Below, one piece after another: positions 25,257-38,446 of a stretch of 63,957 nucleotides of DNA. Every line of letters starts with the position of its first letter. The stretch's first letter is position 1. The notes under the pieces are model-generated. The model did not search any database and was not told the DNA's origin. It saw nothing but the letters and a program-made list of their open reading frames with translations. Where the stretch lies: the NCBI RefSeq assembly GCF_001194135.2, contig NC_068987.1:106047211-106111167 (forward strand), given 5' to 3'. The position numbers and the translations under genes are program-made. Source of the stretch: Octopus bimaculoides (lineage: Eukaryota).

Positions 25257-25423
25257 ACAGACACAGGCACACACACACACACATACACACACAAGAGCTG
25301 AAATACAGGCACACATACGCACATACGAACATACGCACACACATAAATAAGTAGATAGATAGATGGAGAGATAGATAGCCAAAGATTTAAAGACAGTTCG
25401 ATATGCGAGTTAGTATAATTATG

Positions 25424-25484
<61 letters not shown>

Positions 25485-25805
25485 ATGTTATATATAAAAA
25501 CTGATGTTATATATATATATATATNNNNNNNNNNNNNNNNNNNNNNNNNNNNNNNNNNNNNNNNNNNNNNNNNNNNNNNNNNNNNNNNNNNNNNNNNNNN
25601 NNNNNNNNNNNNNNNNNNNNNNNNNNNNNNNNNNNNNNNNNNNNNNNNNNNNNNNNNNNNNNNNNNNNNNNNNNNNNNNNNNNNNNNNNNNNNNNNNNNN
25701 NNNNNNNNNNNNNNNNNNNNNNNNNNNNNNNNNNNNNNNNNNNNNNNNNNNNNNNNNNNNNNNNNNNNNNNNNNNNNNNNNNNNNNNNNNNNNNNNNNNN
25801 NNNNN

Positions 25806-25840
<35 letters not shown>

Positions 25841-26583
25841 GTCTGTATGTGTCTACACAAACATACAGACACACTCATACACACACATAGAGACACACAC
25901 ACGCATAGGTATATATATATATATATATATTTACGTGAATGTGTGCATAGTCTAAGCAGCTTAAGTGGGAAAACAGGCGCTCGTATATTTGTCAATTGAA
26001 CAGGTATATTCGTATTTACACAATGCAGCATTATATATGGATTTTAGCCAAATTTACCTATCGGTTTTTCAAGTATGACTTAGGGGAAAAATCTAATCCT
26101 GGCGTTCATCAGAATGAGTTGAAGGAAAAGTATGAGTGTACTATTCGTACATTCCTATGTATACACACACACAAACACACGCACATGTATATATGTATGT
26201 ATTATATGTCTGCTTGTACATACACAAAAACACACACACGCACACACATAGACCCGTACACATATATATCTATGTGTGTGTGTATATTCATGTGCGGATA
26301 GATGTTGTATATGCTTATGTGAATGCAAGCCTCAAGCAAAGGACTATCATAACAATAAACAGAATGATTGACATTCAACATTTCGTGACACTGAAAAGTA
26401 ATTTCAGTATTGTCAAGCGATTTCTGCTGGAGAATATCTTCTTCATACACCGATTACCTGTAAAATTTCTTCCGAAATTCATACTTAACGACGTATATGT
26501 CAGCATGACGAAACTTGTTAGAAACAGATCTCCCATTACACAAAAGATACATCTTGCTCATAGATTATCAGTATTACTTGTGA

Positions 26584-26616
<33 letters not shown>

Positions 26617-26706
26617 CAAAAGAGAGATATATATATAGGAGATATATATATATATGTATATATATGCATATATGTATATATATGTATATGTATATGTATA
26701 TGTATA

Positions 26707-26830
<124 letters not shown>

Positions 26831-27613
26831 GAGAGATGGCTAGATAGATAAATAGATAGATATATAAATAGCGAGATATAGATATGGGGATATATATATA
26901 TATACATTTATACAAGCACACACACACACACACACACATGTTTGAAGGATAATCTTTTTGAAATTTGAAAGATTTATTTAAAACATTCGTTGAAAACGGA
27001 ACCCAAATACACACATATATATATACACAAGCATTTTCACACATATATGATGTAAGCCTGAGGGCACCTTTTATGGAATCCCGTTGTTGCCCATGGAGTA
27101 GATGTTCTCTATCCTCAACAATGATCGTTTTCTTGGGGAAGAGAAGCTCGGTGCAAACATCGCCGTCGGCAAACTGAAAACAGAGTGACGCAGGAGAAAT
27201 ATCGCAGGGCTTTACGACCGATGTTCAAATTATTTTCCCTATCAATCTATCTTGAAGTTTAACACAATGCCGGAGTATGTCTTCCCGTCTTTCTCTGTGT
27301 GCGGTTAGATTATGGAAACTGTATTACTACTACCTGTTTTTCTTCTTCTTCTTCTTCTTCTTCTTCTTCTTCTTCTTCTTCTTCTTCTTCTTCTTCTTCT
27401 TCTTCTTCTTCTTCTTCTTCTTCTTCTTCTTCTTCTTCTTCTTCTTCTTCTTTCCTCTTCTTCCTCCTCCTCCTCCTCCTCCTCTTCCTCCACCTCGGTA
27501 CCCATAAATACTTTTTTTCCTCCTCCTCCGCCTATGAAGAAAGCACCAGTTAAATACTAAGCCCTAAAAATTCCAAGCCTTGTTTCTATAATAAAAAAAA
27601 ATTATTGTTATTA

Positions 27614-27669
<56 letters not shown>

Positions 27670-27851
27670 GTTGTTGTTGTTGTTGTCGATGATGTTGCTC
27701 TTGCTTTTGTTCTTGTTATCATTATTATTATTTGCCCCAGGGGCAAAACACTGCGAATATTTCAAGAAGAAATCGCGAAGACAGTCGGAATTTTACATTA
27801 GTTATGGGAAAAAACATATATATCTGTATATATAGAGAGAAAGAGAGGCAG

Positions 27852-27896
<45 letters not shown>

Positions 27897-27949
27897 CATA
27901 CATACATACATATATATATATATGTATACATAGATATATATATACATAC

Positions 27950-27994
<45 letters not shown>

Positions 27995-28306
27995 CTTGTA
28001 TATATGTGCTTGTATGTGTGTGCTTATTTGTGTATTTGTGCGTTTATTGTGTTTCATTGGAGCTGAAACACTTCACCAATTGTTACTATGTTGCATGTAA
28101 GAGATTATCAGGCAGAAATGAACTTTTCAAACAATACAATGGTTTATAAATAGTTAAATTCTGCATTTATGCATTGTATTGTTCCAATATACATGTTATG
28201 GATTTTTTAGACAAAATAAAGCGCAATATTTTACCTTTGACATTCGAGTAATATTTTCCCCACCTTCTGTTGCACTTCTGTGCTCATATATGTCTCTTTC
28301 TCATTC

Positions 28307-28340
<34 letters not shown>

Positions 28341-28346
28341 TGTATA

Positions 28347-28630
28347 TACGTAGTCTGATCAATAAGTTTCCGAACTGATGCCATGGTAACGAAACTAAAG
28401 TACGCATAGTAAAGTCGCTTGGCACAGATTGATGTTAAAGGCTGTTGTGCATGCACACAAAGTTTTAACGTTCCAGCTCACTTCTGCAGTTTACAGCAAT
28501 GCTTGGAAATAAGGTGTGTAGCGTGAGATTATCGCATTGACCATGAGAGAGCAAGTTGAGCAGAGAATCTTCATCAAATTTTGCCAAAAGCTTGGTGGTA
28601 CCTGCTCAGAGGCCTACGCAAAGTTTTCAA
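28347..28630 (+). mobile_element. Mariner 5' end (TIR-like start, 5'UTR, transposase N-terminus)
   Basis: Begins TAcgtagtctgatcaataagtttccgaact; ATG at 28543 gives MREQVEQRIFIKFCQKLGGTCSEAYAKF. Confidence 0.8.
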
Positions 28631-29165
28631 AAAGTTTCCATCGTTCTCGACACTATCAAGATGTTGTGAAACAGAAACCCATGTGTCTATCAGATCAGTT
28701 GTAAGCAGTTTTGGCACAAACTTGGCAGACAAGCGTCTCTTACCCAAATCTTCCGTGAGAATGGACTGAATTTCATATCGACGATCTCCCCTCCCAGCTG
28801 CATGCACATCTGCGATGTTTTTCTCAGTCCTGCTGGGTGCAGGCCTCCTGGAACGTTCGTCAACATCAATATTTTTTTCAGAAAAGTCTGACCCACTCGT
28901 ACATTTGTGTGCGGCTCATACACTCCTATCCATACACATTCTACACATTTGTTTAGGCCTCTAAACAAATTGTATCGCCATGACAATTTTCTCTGTCATA
29001 GACAATTCGACGATCACACACTACAGCTCTTCATTCCAAGTACTGCGGAAGTAAGTTAAACAGCGGAAGTAAGTTAAACAGCGGAAGTAAGTTAAACCAT
29101 TAAGGCATAGTGCTCATACACAGCAGAATTCAAGACAAAATCAACTTTTGCCAAGCGGCATCACT
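28631..29165 (-). mobile_element. Second, related mariner 5' portion in opposite orientation
   Basis: Minus: 5'UTR similar to the + copy, MTEK..; ECMSRTQMYEW; DVDERS.RPAPSRTEKNIADVHAA; IQSILTEDLGKRRLSAKFVPKLLT. Confidence 0.8.
29044..29097 (+). repeat. 18-bp tandem triplication (gcggaagtaagttaaaca) in the mariner 5'UTR
   Basis: Three consecutive near-identical copies. Confidence 0.9.
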
Positions 29166-29198
29166 CTATCTCGTACATATAAACACATGCATACATAC

Positions 29199-29239
<41 letters not shown>

Positions 29240-30428
29240 NNNNNNNNNNNNNNNNNNNNNNNNNNNNNNNNNNNNNNNNNNNNNNNNNNNNNNNNNNNNN
29301 NNNNNNNNNNNNNNNNNNNNNNNNNNNNNNNNNNNNNNNNNNNNNNNNNNNNNNNNNNNNNNNNNNNNNNNNNNNNNNNNNNNNNNNNNNNNNNNNNNNN
29401 NNNNNNNNNNNNNNNNNNNNNNNNNNNNNNNNNNNNNNNNNNNNNNNNNNNNNNNNNNNNNNNNNNNNNNNNNNNNNNNNNNNNNNNNNNNNNNNNNNNN
29501 NNNNNNNNNNNNNNNNNNNNNNNNNNNNNNNNNNNNNNNNNNNNNNNNNNNNNNNNNNNNNNNNNNNNNNNNNNNNNNNNNNNNNNNNNNNNNNNNNATA
29601 TATATATATATATATATATATAATATGCATTATGGTTTCACGCAAAGGCATAGTGATATGTATGTTTGTATCCGCATTCCGACTAATAATAATGCAAATT
29701 AAGATTTCGTGCAAGTTCTAGTGAGTTGGAATCTAATTTACGTCTTGTCAAGTGATATCCGTTGGAAACTGTGTCGACATGTCGATTCCGTATAGAACCC
29801 CTATCGAAATGCTTGCTTGATAGTCACAAGTGTTCATATTGAAAAACTGGTTAGAAGATGATTCGTAATTTCATCGACAGTTATTGCTACTCACAAGCAC
29901 CAATTATTATCAATTGTTATGTTATACATACATACATAGAAACATAAATACATTACTACATATACATACACATATACATATATTCATGTATACACACACA
30001 TACACACACACACACGTACATACATACATACATACATATATATATGCACAAGCACAACGCACACACGAACACATAATAAGCAACTGCANNNNNNNNNNNN
30101 NNNNNNNNNNNNNNNNNNNNNNNNNNNNNNNNNNNNNNNNNNNNNNNNNNNNNNNNNNNNNNNNNNNNNNNNNNNNNNNNNNNNNNNNNNNNNNNNNNNN
30201 NNNNNNNNNNNNNNNNNNNNNNNNNNNNNNNNNNNNNNNNNNNNNNNNNNNNNNNNNNNNNNNNNNNNNNNNNNNNNNNNNNNNNNNNNNNNNNNNNNNN
30301 NNNNNNNNNNNNNNNNNNNNNNNNNNNNNNNNNNNNNNNNNNNNNNNNNNNNNNNNNNNNNNNNNNNNNNNNNNNNNNNNNNNNNNNNNNNNNNNNNNNN
30401 NNNNNNNNNNNNNNNNNNNNNNNNNNNN

Positions 30429-30468
<40 letters not shown>

Positions 30469-30939
30469 ACACCTCCTCTTTCTTTCTCTCTATGTCAGTT
30501 AAGCGCCCACGTTGCACCGTGTGAGGTGTTGTATAGGACTTAAATCAGAGCCTATTTCTCCAGAAGTGAACAACAGCGAGGCGAGGGACTAGGCAAAATT
30601 GATTCCAGATGGCAGTACATGCAAATGCTGCAGGGAATGTCAGATCACGAACAGACAAACGACACACGGATAACAAGCGATACAGAAGTGGACATACGAA
30701 AATGAATAAATGTAATTCAAGACGAAACCGTTTGTAGACGGATGTGGGACAAACATGAAATAAAAACAAAAAAAAAAAAACAGAATGTAGCCTTAAGATA
30801 CATACATACATACTTACAAACAAAAATAGATACATACAGACAGACAGAGCGAATTTACAATTTGATTCAAATCTTCAGCAATATGAATCCAAAGGTATTT
30901 AACGGTGGGACCAGAAGTAGATAAAACTATAATAATCTT

Positions 30940-31135
30940 TTCTGCTAATTGCACAAGGCCTGCAATTTTGGGTAAGAGAGCTGGTCGATTAATTCGACCC
31001 TACTACTCAGTAAGTAGTTATAGTAACGATCCCGAAGGGAAAAGGGAAAAGTTGACCCTGGTGGAACTAAGAATGCAAACCCGGAAGAAATACTGCCAAG
31101 CATTTTCCGTCGCGCTCACAATTCTACCAGCAAGC
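30940..31135 (-). mobile_element. Diverged SINE family A copy
   Basis: gcacaaggcctgcaattttggg...gtcgattaattcgaccc...gatcccgaagggaaaagggaaaagttgacc. Confidence 0.65.
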
Positions 31136-31535
31136 AACCTTTAAAGCTCTAAATATTAGCGTGTAGTATATTGGGTAGACTTCGACTTGTCCCATCCAAG
31201 GCGTTTTTTAATCCAATATTCAACGCATTAACTATTTATGGCTTAAAAACGATTTGTTTCATGTCTTACGAAGTTCCTAATTTCTTATGACGTAAACAGC
31301 AGACAGTTTACGGTGGTAAGAACAACGCTTCTAAAAGCTTGGAGATATTCGAAGAATTACATAAACATAACGAGAGAATGACGGTCATGTTTATTGAAGA
31401 TGCCGATTCGTGTCATACACGAAGTCTTCGAAGTTTTCTTAACAAGTGATTTTAGCCTATTATTACATATACTGTTATTTATAGCTTTATCCACTTCGAG
31501 TGCAGCAGTTAAAAACTATACATACATACATACAT

Positions 31536-31612
<77 letters not shown>

Positions 31613-32452
31613 NNNNNNNNNNNNNNNNNNNNNNNNNNNNNNNNNNNNNNNNNNNNNNNNNNNNNNNNNNNNNNNNNNNNNNNNNNNNNNNNNNNNNNNN
31701 NNNNNNNNNNNNNNNNNNNNNNNNNNNNNNNNNNNNNNNNNNNNNNNNNNNNNNNNNNNNNNNNNNNNNNNNNNNNNNNNNNNNNNNNNNNNNNNNNNNN
31801 NNNNNNNNNNNNNNNNNNNNNNNNNNNNNNNNNNNNNNNNNNNNNNNNNNNNNNNNNNNNNNNNNNNNNNNNNNNNNNNNNNNNNNNNNNNNNNNNNNNN
31901 NNNNNNNNNNNNNNNNNNNNNNNNNNNNNNNNNNNNNNNNNNNNNNNNNNNNNNNNNNNNNNNNNNNNNNNNNNNNNNNNNNNNNNNNNNNNNNNNNNNN
32001 NNNNNNNNNNNNNNNNNNNNNNNNNNNNNNNNNNNNNNNNNNNNNNNNNNNNNNNNNNNNNNNNNNNNNNNNNNNNNNNNNNNNNNNNNNNNNNNNNNNN
32101 NNNNNNNNNNNNNNNNNNNNNNNNNNNNNNNNNNNNNNNNNNNNNNNNNNNNNNNNNNNNNNNNNNNNNNNNNNNNNNNNNNNNNNNNNNNNNNNNNNNN
32201 NNNNNNNNNNNNNNNNNNNNNNNNNNNNNNNNNNNNNNNNNNNNNNNNNNNNNNNNNNNNNNNNNNNNNNNNNNNNNNNNNNNNNNNNNNNNNNNNNNNN
32301 NNNNNNNNNNNNNNNNNNNNNNNNNNNNNNNNNNNNNNNNNNNNNNNNNNNNNNNNNNNNNNNNNNNNNNNNNNNNNNNNNNNNNNNNNNNNNNNNNNNN
32401 NNNNNNNNNNNNNNNNNNNNNNNNNNNNNNNNNNNNNNNNNNNNNNNNNNNN

Positions 32453-32502
<50 letters not shown>

Positions 32503-33222
32503 GGACATTTCTATTTTTAAATATAAATTCGTCGTTTGGTTTTATGTAATTATTTAGCTAAATCAATGTTCTACGTTCAGATCTCGGTGAGATCTGTTTT
32601 AAGATCCGCATTCGAATTCGAATTCGATAAGATAATGTATAAAGAATGAATTTATCGACTATACATCTATTGTAAATCTGTGACGCTTGCAAGACTGAGG
32701 ATTTCTGCTCGCATTACGTCCTAATTGAAATCGATAGACGAATAGAATCGTTAGAACGTCTGACAAAATGCTTCACAATTTTCGTTATGGCCCTTTCCTG
32801 CTGAATTTAAATCCTGATGAGGTTGTTTTTGTTATACCTCACACCATTTCGGGGACGTTATTAGTGGAGTGCCAGCCACGTCCTGGAATAGACGATTTCG
32901 GTTTATACCCTTCACGAATTGTGCTAGCCCTTTCCTTAAAAAAGTAAACAATTATTATATTCTTGTTAGTGCATTATCCTCTTGGAATTTGAATACAGCT
33001 GTATAAACGGGTGTTTACGATCTTGGAGCAAATCCGGTTCCATTTGACTTTCTTTTCCGTGGATAAAGATTCCTTAAAATAAGTGTCCATTATACTAATG
33101 GTTGGATAGAAGCATATCTGGATATATAAAAGGTCGACTTTTCAACCTTTTGGTACCGGATTATCTTTTCTACATTCTAACAAAGCTTTAGTCAGGAATG
33201 AGTTGGACAGGAATAGAAACTA

Positions 33223-33268
<46 letters not shown>

Positions 33269-33384
33269 ATGTATGTATGTATGTATGTATGGGTGGGGGT
33301 GGAGAGAACCCACCGTCACTATTACTGACAATTGAAATTTTCCTTTTGGGATTTATATTACGTCTAGCCGCCTTCGTTATTTTA

Positions 33385-33527
33385 TACAGTGGTCCGATGA
33401 CGGTTTAGTTGACAGAAACTTCGAAGTCACTGTTAATAATATCCCTGTTTAAGTATAATATATATTTTGTTCCATGCACATTCGAAACTGTCTGAAGAAC
33501 GTGAACGTGAAACTCAGAGTACCAATT
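33385..33527 (+). ncRNA. Two tandem degenerate hammerhead motifs in a small PLE-like 3' remnant
   Basis: acagtggtCCGATGAcggtttagttgacaGAAACtttcgaaGTCactgt and aactgtCTGAAGAacgtgaacgtGAAACtcagaGTAccaatt; followed by an aataaa motif. Confidence 0.55.
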
Positions 33528-33611
33528 TTTTGTGATATTTTTGTAATGTTTTTGCAGCTTTAATAAACGAGAAGTATATATANNNNNNNNNNAAAATCAT
33601 AGAAGAGAATG

Positions 33612-33716
33612 GAGAATTATACATCCTCAAAACTTGTATTATTCTCATTAAATTCGCATTAGATTCTAATGCGAATTTAATGAGAATAATAAAAGTTTTG
33701 AAGATGTATAATTCTC
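33612..33716. repeat. Near-perfect palindrome: 52-bp arms, 1-nt spacer, 2 mismatches
   Basis: gagaattatacatcctcaaaacttgtattattctcattaaattcgcattaga-T-tctaatgcgaatttaatgagaataataaaagttttgaagatgtataattctc. Confidence 0.9.
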
Positions 33717-33939
33717 AATTCTTGTTTCTGAGGTCTTGATTATATATTCTATATATCGTATACAATCCAATGAACCGAACTCAGGATTTACCTGTTGTGT
33801 GAAGCACCGTGTAATTGTTTATCTTCAACAGTTCTATATGTTCTCTATCTTTCGATGTTGCTGACTAGAAACACGACTATATCAGAGTGTTAATAAGGTG
33901 ACTGTGTAGGGGAGTATGGTATATATATGCATATACATA

Positions 33940-34095
33940 GGCGCAGGAGTGACTGTTTGGTAAGTAACTTGCTTACCAACTACATGGCTCAGTCCCACTG
34001 CGTGGAACCTTGGGCAAGTGTCTTCTACTATAGCCTAGGTTTGACCAAAGCCTTGTGAGTGGATTTAGTAAACGGAAACTGAAAGAAGCCCGACG
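33940..34095 (+). mobile_element. 5' half of CORE-type SINE family B running into its internal (TA)n and an assembly gap
   Basis: ggcgcaggagtgactgtttggtaagtaacttgcttaccaac...ACCTTGGGCAAGTGTCTTCTACTATAGCCT (MIR-core-like). Confidence 0.85.
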
Positions 34096-34904
34096 TATAT
34101 ATATATATATATATATATATNNNNNNNNNNNNNNNNNNNNNNNNNNNNNNNNNNNNNNNNNNNNNNNNNNNNNNNNNNNNNNNNNNNNNNNNNNNNNNNN
34201 NNNNNNNNNNNNNNNNNNNNNNNNNNNNNNNNNNNNNNNNNNNNNNNNNNNNNNNNNNNNNNNNNNNNNNNNNNNNNNNNNNNNNNNNNNNNNNNNNNNN
34301 NNNNNNNNNNNNNNNNNNNNNNNNNNNNNNNNNNNNNNNNNNNNNNNNNNNNNNNNNNNNNNNNNNNNNNNNNNNNNNNNNNNNNNNNNNNNNNNNNNNN
34401 NNNNNNNNNNNNNNNNNNNNNNNNNNNNNNNNNNNNNNNNNNNNNNNNNNNNNNNNNNNNNNNNNNNNNNNNNNNNNNNNNNNNNNNNNNNNNNNNNNNN
34501 NNNNNNNNNNNNNNNNNNNNNNNNNNNNNNNNNNNNNNNNNNNNNNNNNNNNNNNNNNNNNNNNNNNNNNNNNNNNNNNNNNNNNNNNNNNNNNNNNNNN
34601 NNNNNNNNNNNNNNNNNNNNNNNNNNNNNNNNNNNNNNNNNNNNNNNNNNNNNNNNNNNNNNNNNNNNNNNNNNNNNNNNNNNNNNNNNNNNNNNNNNNN
34701 NNNNNNNNNNNNNNNNNNNNNNNNNNNNNNNNNNNNNNNNNNNNNNNNNNNNNNNNNNNNNNNNNNNNNNNNNNNNNNNNNNNNNNNNNNNNNNNNNNNN
34801 NNNNNNNNNNNNNNNNNNNNNNNNNNNNNNNNNNNNNNNNNNNNNNNNNNNNNNNNNNNNNNNNNNNNNNNNNNNNNNNNNNNNNNNNNNNNNNNNNNNN
34901 NNNN

Positions 34905-35101
34905 CAGCGGACTCGCGGTCGGAGGATCGTGGTTTCGATTCCCAGACCGGGCGATGCGTGTGTTTATTGAGCGAAAACATCTAAAAGCTCCACGATGCTC
35001 CGGCAGGGGGTGGTGATGACCCCTGTTGTACTCTTTCGCACCAACTTTCTCTCATGCTTTCTTCCTGTTTCTTGAGTAAAGCTGCGATGGACTGGCGTCC
35101 C
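34905..35101 (+). mobile_element. SINE with family C head but a different 3' body
   Basis: Head and first part of the body align with 3660-3480 (rc), then diverge to gctgcgatggactggcgtcccg. Confidence 0.7.
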
Positions 35102-35199
35102 GTTGTTCTTGTTGTTATTAATATTATTATTATTGTTTTTATATACTAATCTCCAAATCAAACTTAGTTGACGAAAAACATTCCTACTATTACAATCTC

Positions 35200-35335
35200 A
35201 CATTTCGTATGTCATTATTTTATCGGCCTCGAAAGAACGAAATGGTAAGTCGAACTCGGTCAAATAGTAAAGATGGACGAAATACCGCTAAGCATTTAGT
35301 CCGGCGTGATAACGACTCTGCCGGCTCGCTGCATT
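35200..35335 (-). mobile_element. SINE family A copy (internally deleted)
   Basis: ttttatcggcctcgaaagaacgaaatggtaagtcgaactcgg...aataccgctaagcatttagtccggcgtgataacgactctgccggctcgc. Confidence 0.7.
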
Positions 35336-36011
35336 CTTGATTGTAAATATTAATATTGCACTTCAACGTTAGTATCACAACTTTTGTTACCTTAGCCAAC
35401 GTTTTCCAGTATATTTAAATGTTTCGTTCTTTGCATTCAATAGAAATTCACCTCTGATTTACTCTACAAATGTAACTTTATATGACGGCTTACATCACTA
35501 ATTTTCCTTGTATTTTGCTGTAATTCTTTTTTTAGTTTCCTTTTCCTTACGATCTTAACATTTTTGGTGATACAAACATTTCATCTATGCCTCCTTTTTA
35601 TTAGTATTCTGAAGAGCCGTTTGCTGAAACCAGATACCTATATTGTAAGTGTCAATCATGTTATATAAATAAAGAAATCGAATAAAATAAATAGTGGAAT
35701 CGATTTAATTAACTGTTGGCTCCGTAAGATTTTCTGGCCGTGTGCCAACTTTAGAAATTATTAGGATGGCCGTTGTCAGATTCGGTAGAGCATAAGATAA
35801 CACACGGTTTTCGTGAAATTCTGTTGGGGTCAAATTTGTATTATAAGAAAGCTGCTTTCTGACCTAACAGAAATAGCAACTAAATATGCCATAAATCACA
35901 TCGTACTAGCTTAAAATATGGATTTTATTGAATAATTCAGACTGTTGGAAGATATTTATGAAAGAAATATACATTACTTACAACTTGGCAGTTTCAATCA
36001 AAGGTTTACAG

Positions 36012-36048
36012 AATCAAGGCTTAATTGAGGTTATCAGCAACAACACAG
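36012..36048 (+). CDS. Tentative exon D (NQGLIEVISNNT; phase 0 to phase 1)
   Basis: Strong donor cag|GTAAGT at 36049; acceptor gtttacAG gives a phase-0 start matching exon C. Alternative acceptors at 35940 and 35991 cannot be excluded. Confidence 0.3.
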
Positions 36049-36454
36049 GTAAGTATATTTTTAGGTTGGCAGATTTGCAATATTTGTTCCGACTCTTAAT
36101 GATCTCAGTTCAAATCATACCAGAATGACTCACTTTTGATAACTCTTGCTATCTATGTGTATATTATTACTGGTTAGTGAGACTCGCGGTGATTATGACT
36201 TTTGATGGTTTTTTCAAGATTGGCGGTTTGGGTGTGAATTATTGAAGTAACCATTTCAAGTTTTTTTTCTTTAACTGGAAGCTGCTCTCTGTAGTGTGAG
36301 CAATTTTCTGATTGAAAACTCCTCTCAACGAGTGCTTGTTACAACGTGCTCTATAGTCAAGTTCTCTAGAAATATATAATGGTACTTTTAAATCGGGCAA
36401 CGTCTGAAATCTACTGCCCAAGAATGTGGAAATACCGAATATTTCTTTGCCCGA

Positions 36455-36507
36455 TATCAATCACAGATAAATATTCCTACCGCGGGAATATTTATCTGTG
36501 GTTGATA
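36455..36507. other. 23-bp stem, 7-nt loop hairpin
   Basis: tatcaatcacagataaatattcc-taccgcg-ggaatatttatctgtggttgata (one T.G pair). Confidence 0.85.
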
Positions 36508-36847
36508 CATGGCCTAACCATGGGTGCGAGCTGTCTTCCATTCGGATAATGTTATAGTAACAAATGAATTACCTCAAGTAGAGTTTAATATCCTAAAACT
36601 TCATGTCACAAATGTATTTGATCGTGACACTAATTATGACGTTTCTTTCCTTTGTGTCGAACTGCTATCAATTAACAGCGATTGATACAAAGCTACATGA
36701 AGCACATGATTAGATATAAGCATTTTTCTAATACTGTGACAAAGGTAGGGTAAGTCTGTAATATACCAGCCCTAATGCAATTTCGATTCTCTTTGTTGCT
36801 TTTCAGTTAGAGAGAGAGAGAGAGAGACAGAGAGAGAGACAGAGAGA

Positions 36848-36909
<62 letters not shown>

Positions 36910-38403
36910 CCACTGATTTATTTTTGTTACATTGCTTAGAGAAAATGCGTAGATGATAATGGCAATATTTTAGTTCTAGTCTTCTGTAAATCGACCTCTT
37001 TACTGTTAATTTTAAAGTTCAAAAACACACACACATAGATAAAATGACCTTCATAAGTAATATTACACTTTACATCCATAACATGATGCATCTACATAAA
37101 GTATAGACGCTTCTGCTGGGTAAGCACTTATTCCTGGAAGTGAAATTCTAAAACATACTTGAATTGAAACAGTGACGTCAGCAACACAAAGACCCATTCA
37201 CTAAATATACAAAAGAAACAGAACACGGCACATACATAACACCCAGTTGAAGTACTCAAACCCTTCGACATTACTATATCTTACAAGTAAGTCCTACTTG
37301 GAGTACTACTTGGATATCTATAACAATGCTGCAACTACACATACAAGCACCATAGACCGCATCCAAGGGCAAATATTTCCTGTAGTTGGCAAAGATTCTA
37401 TTCCTCAATATATTTAAGCAACTAAAGCCCAGGAGAATTGTTTATTATCTAAGCTTCTTACTATTGCTATTACAATTGCGTCTGTCACTGTGATCCATTT
37501 CACTATGTCGCATCTCTATGCAAACCTGAACTATCAAATTTTCTCTGCTTTTCTGTATATATCTCTATGGTATTTTACACCGTAGATTCCACACCAAATA
37601 CGCCTAATAATCATTCCCGCATCTGTTGGTCTCCACTCTCTGAAATTCCAAGCAAAATCTCTTTTCTGTACTGATTGATTCCAGTTTACAGACGTTCGAA
37701 TCGAATATAATAAATCTGAAAATTCTTGGAAGCCCTACAATTCTAAATGTATTTACCTTATCTGATAAACTAATTAATATAAAAATTGTTGCCCTACAAT
37801 GTTTTTTGTGTGATTAAATAGAATAATTCGGGCGGCAGAACCTTAGGATCTCTTGTGTTTTTGGCCTCAAGTCAACCATGATAAAGCAAATCTAAGATTA
37901 AAAATGCTCCAGTCGTGACTACGCCATCTGTTTGTGTGTCACGATGATGTCGTTTAAATTGTCCACCTTTATTTAAGGCGATAGAATATAATAAAAGATC
38001 CTTTATATACTGGATATAATTTGTGGATTTCAGAAAGTGAGATATTAATTAAACGGCTGTTGCTGTCCAGTTGCATGTCACACGAGGTCAAGCAGACCTT
38101 TGACCAGACTATAGTAGTTTTGATCACTCTATTTTATTTCCTGAAAGTAAATCCCAAACTATATTATCTATTAACTTGTTTCCTTCCTAAAATGACGGTT
38201 CTATTTTGAGGACATTCTCTATGTGGCTGTTTGAGGCGCTAGAAAGAGCAGCAAAATTTCTATCAAATCACACCTTATCATCTTAACCATTGAATATACT
38301 TAAGCGGGTGGTGGAAAATGCACTTGCTGGTATACAAAATCTAAGGTAGACTAGAACACATTTAATCATATGTATATCTGATCAGACTTGACTTGAAGTA
38401 AGC

Positions 38404-38446
<43 letters not shown>

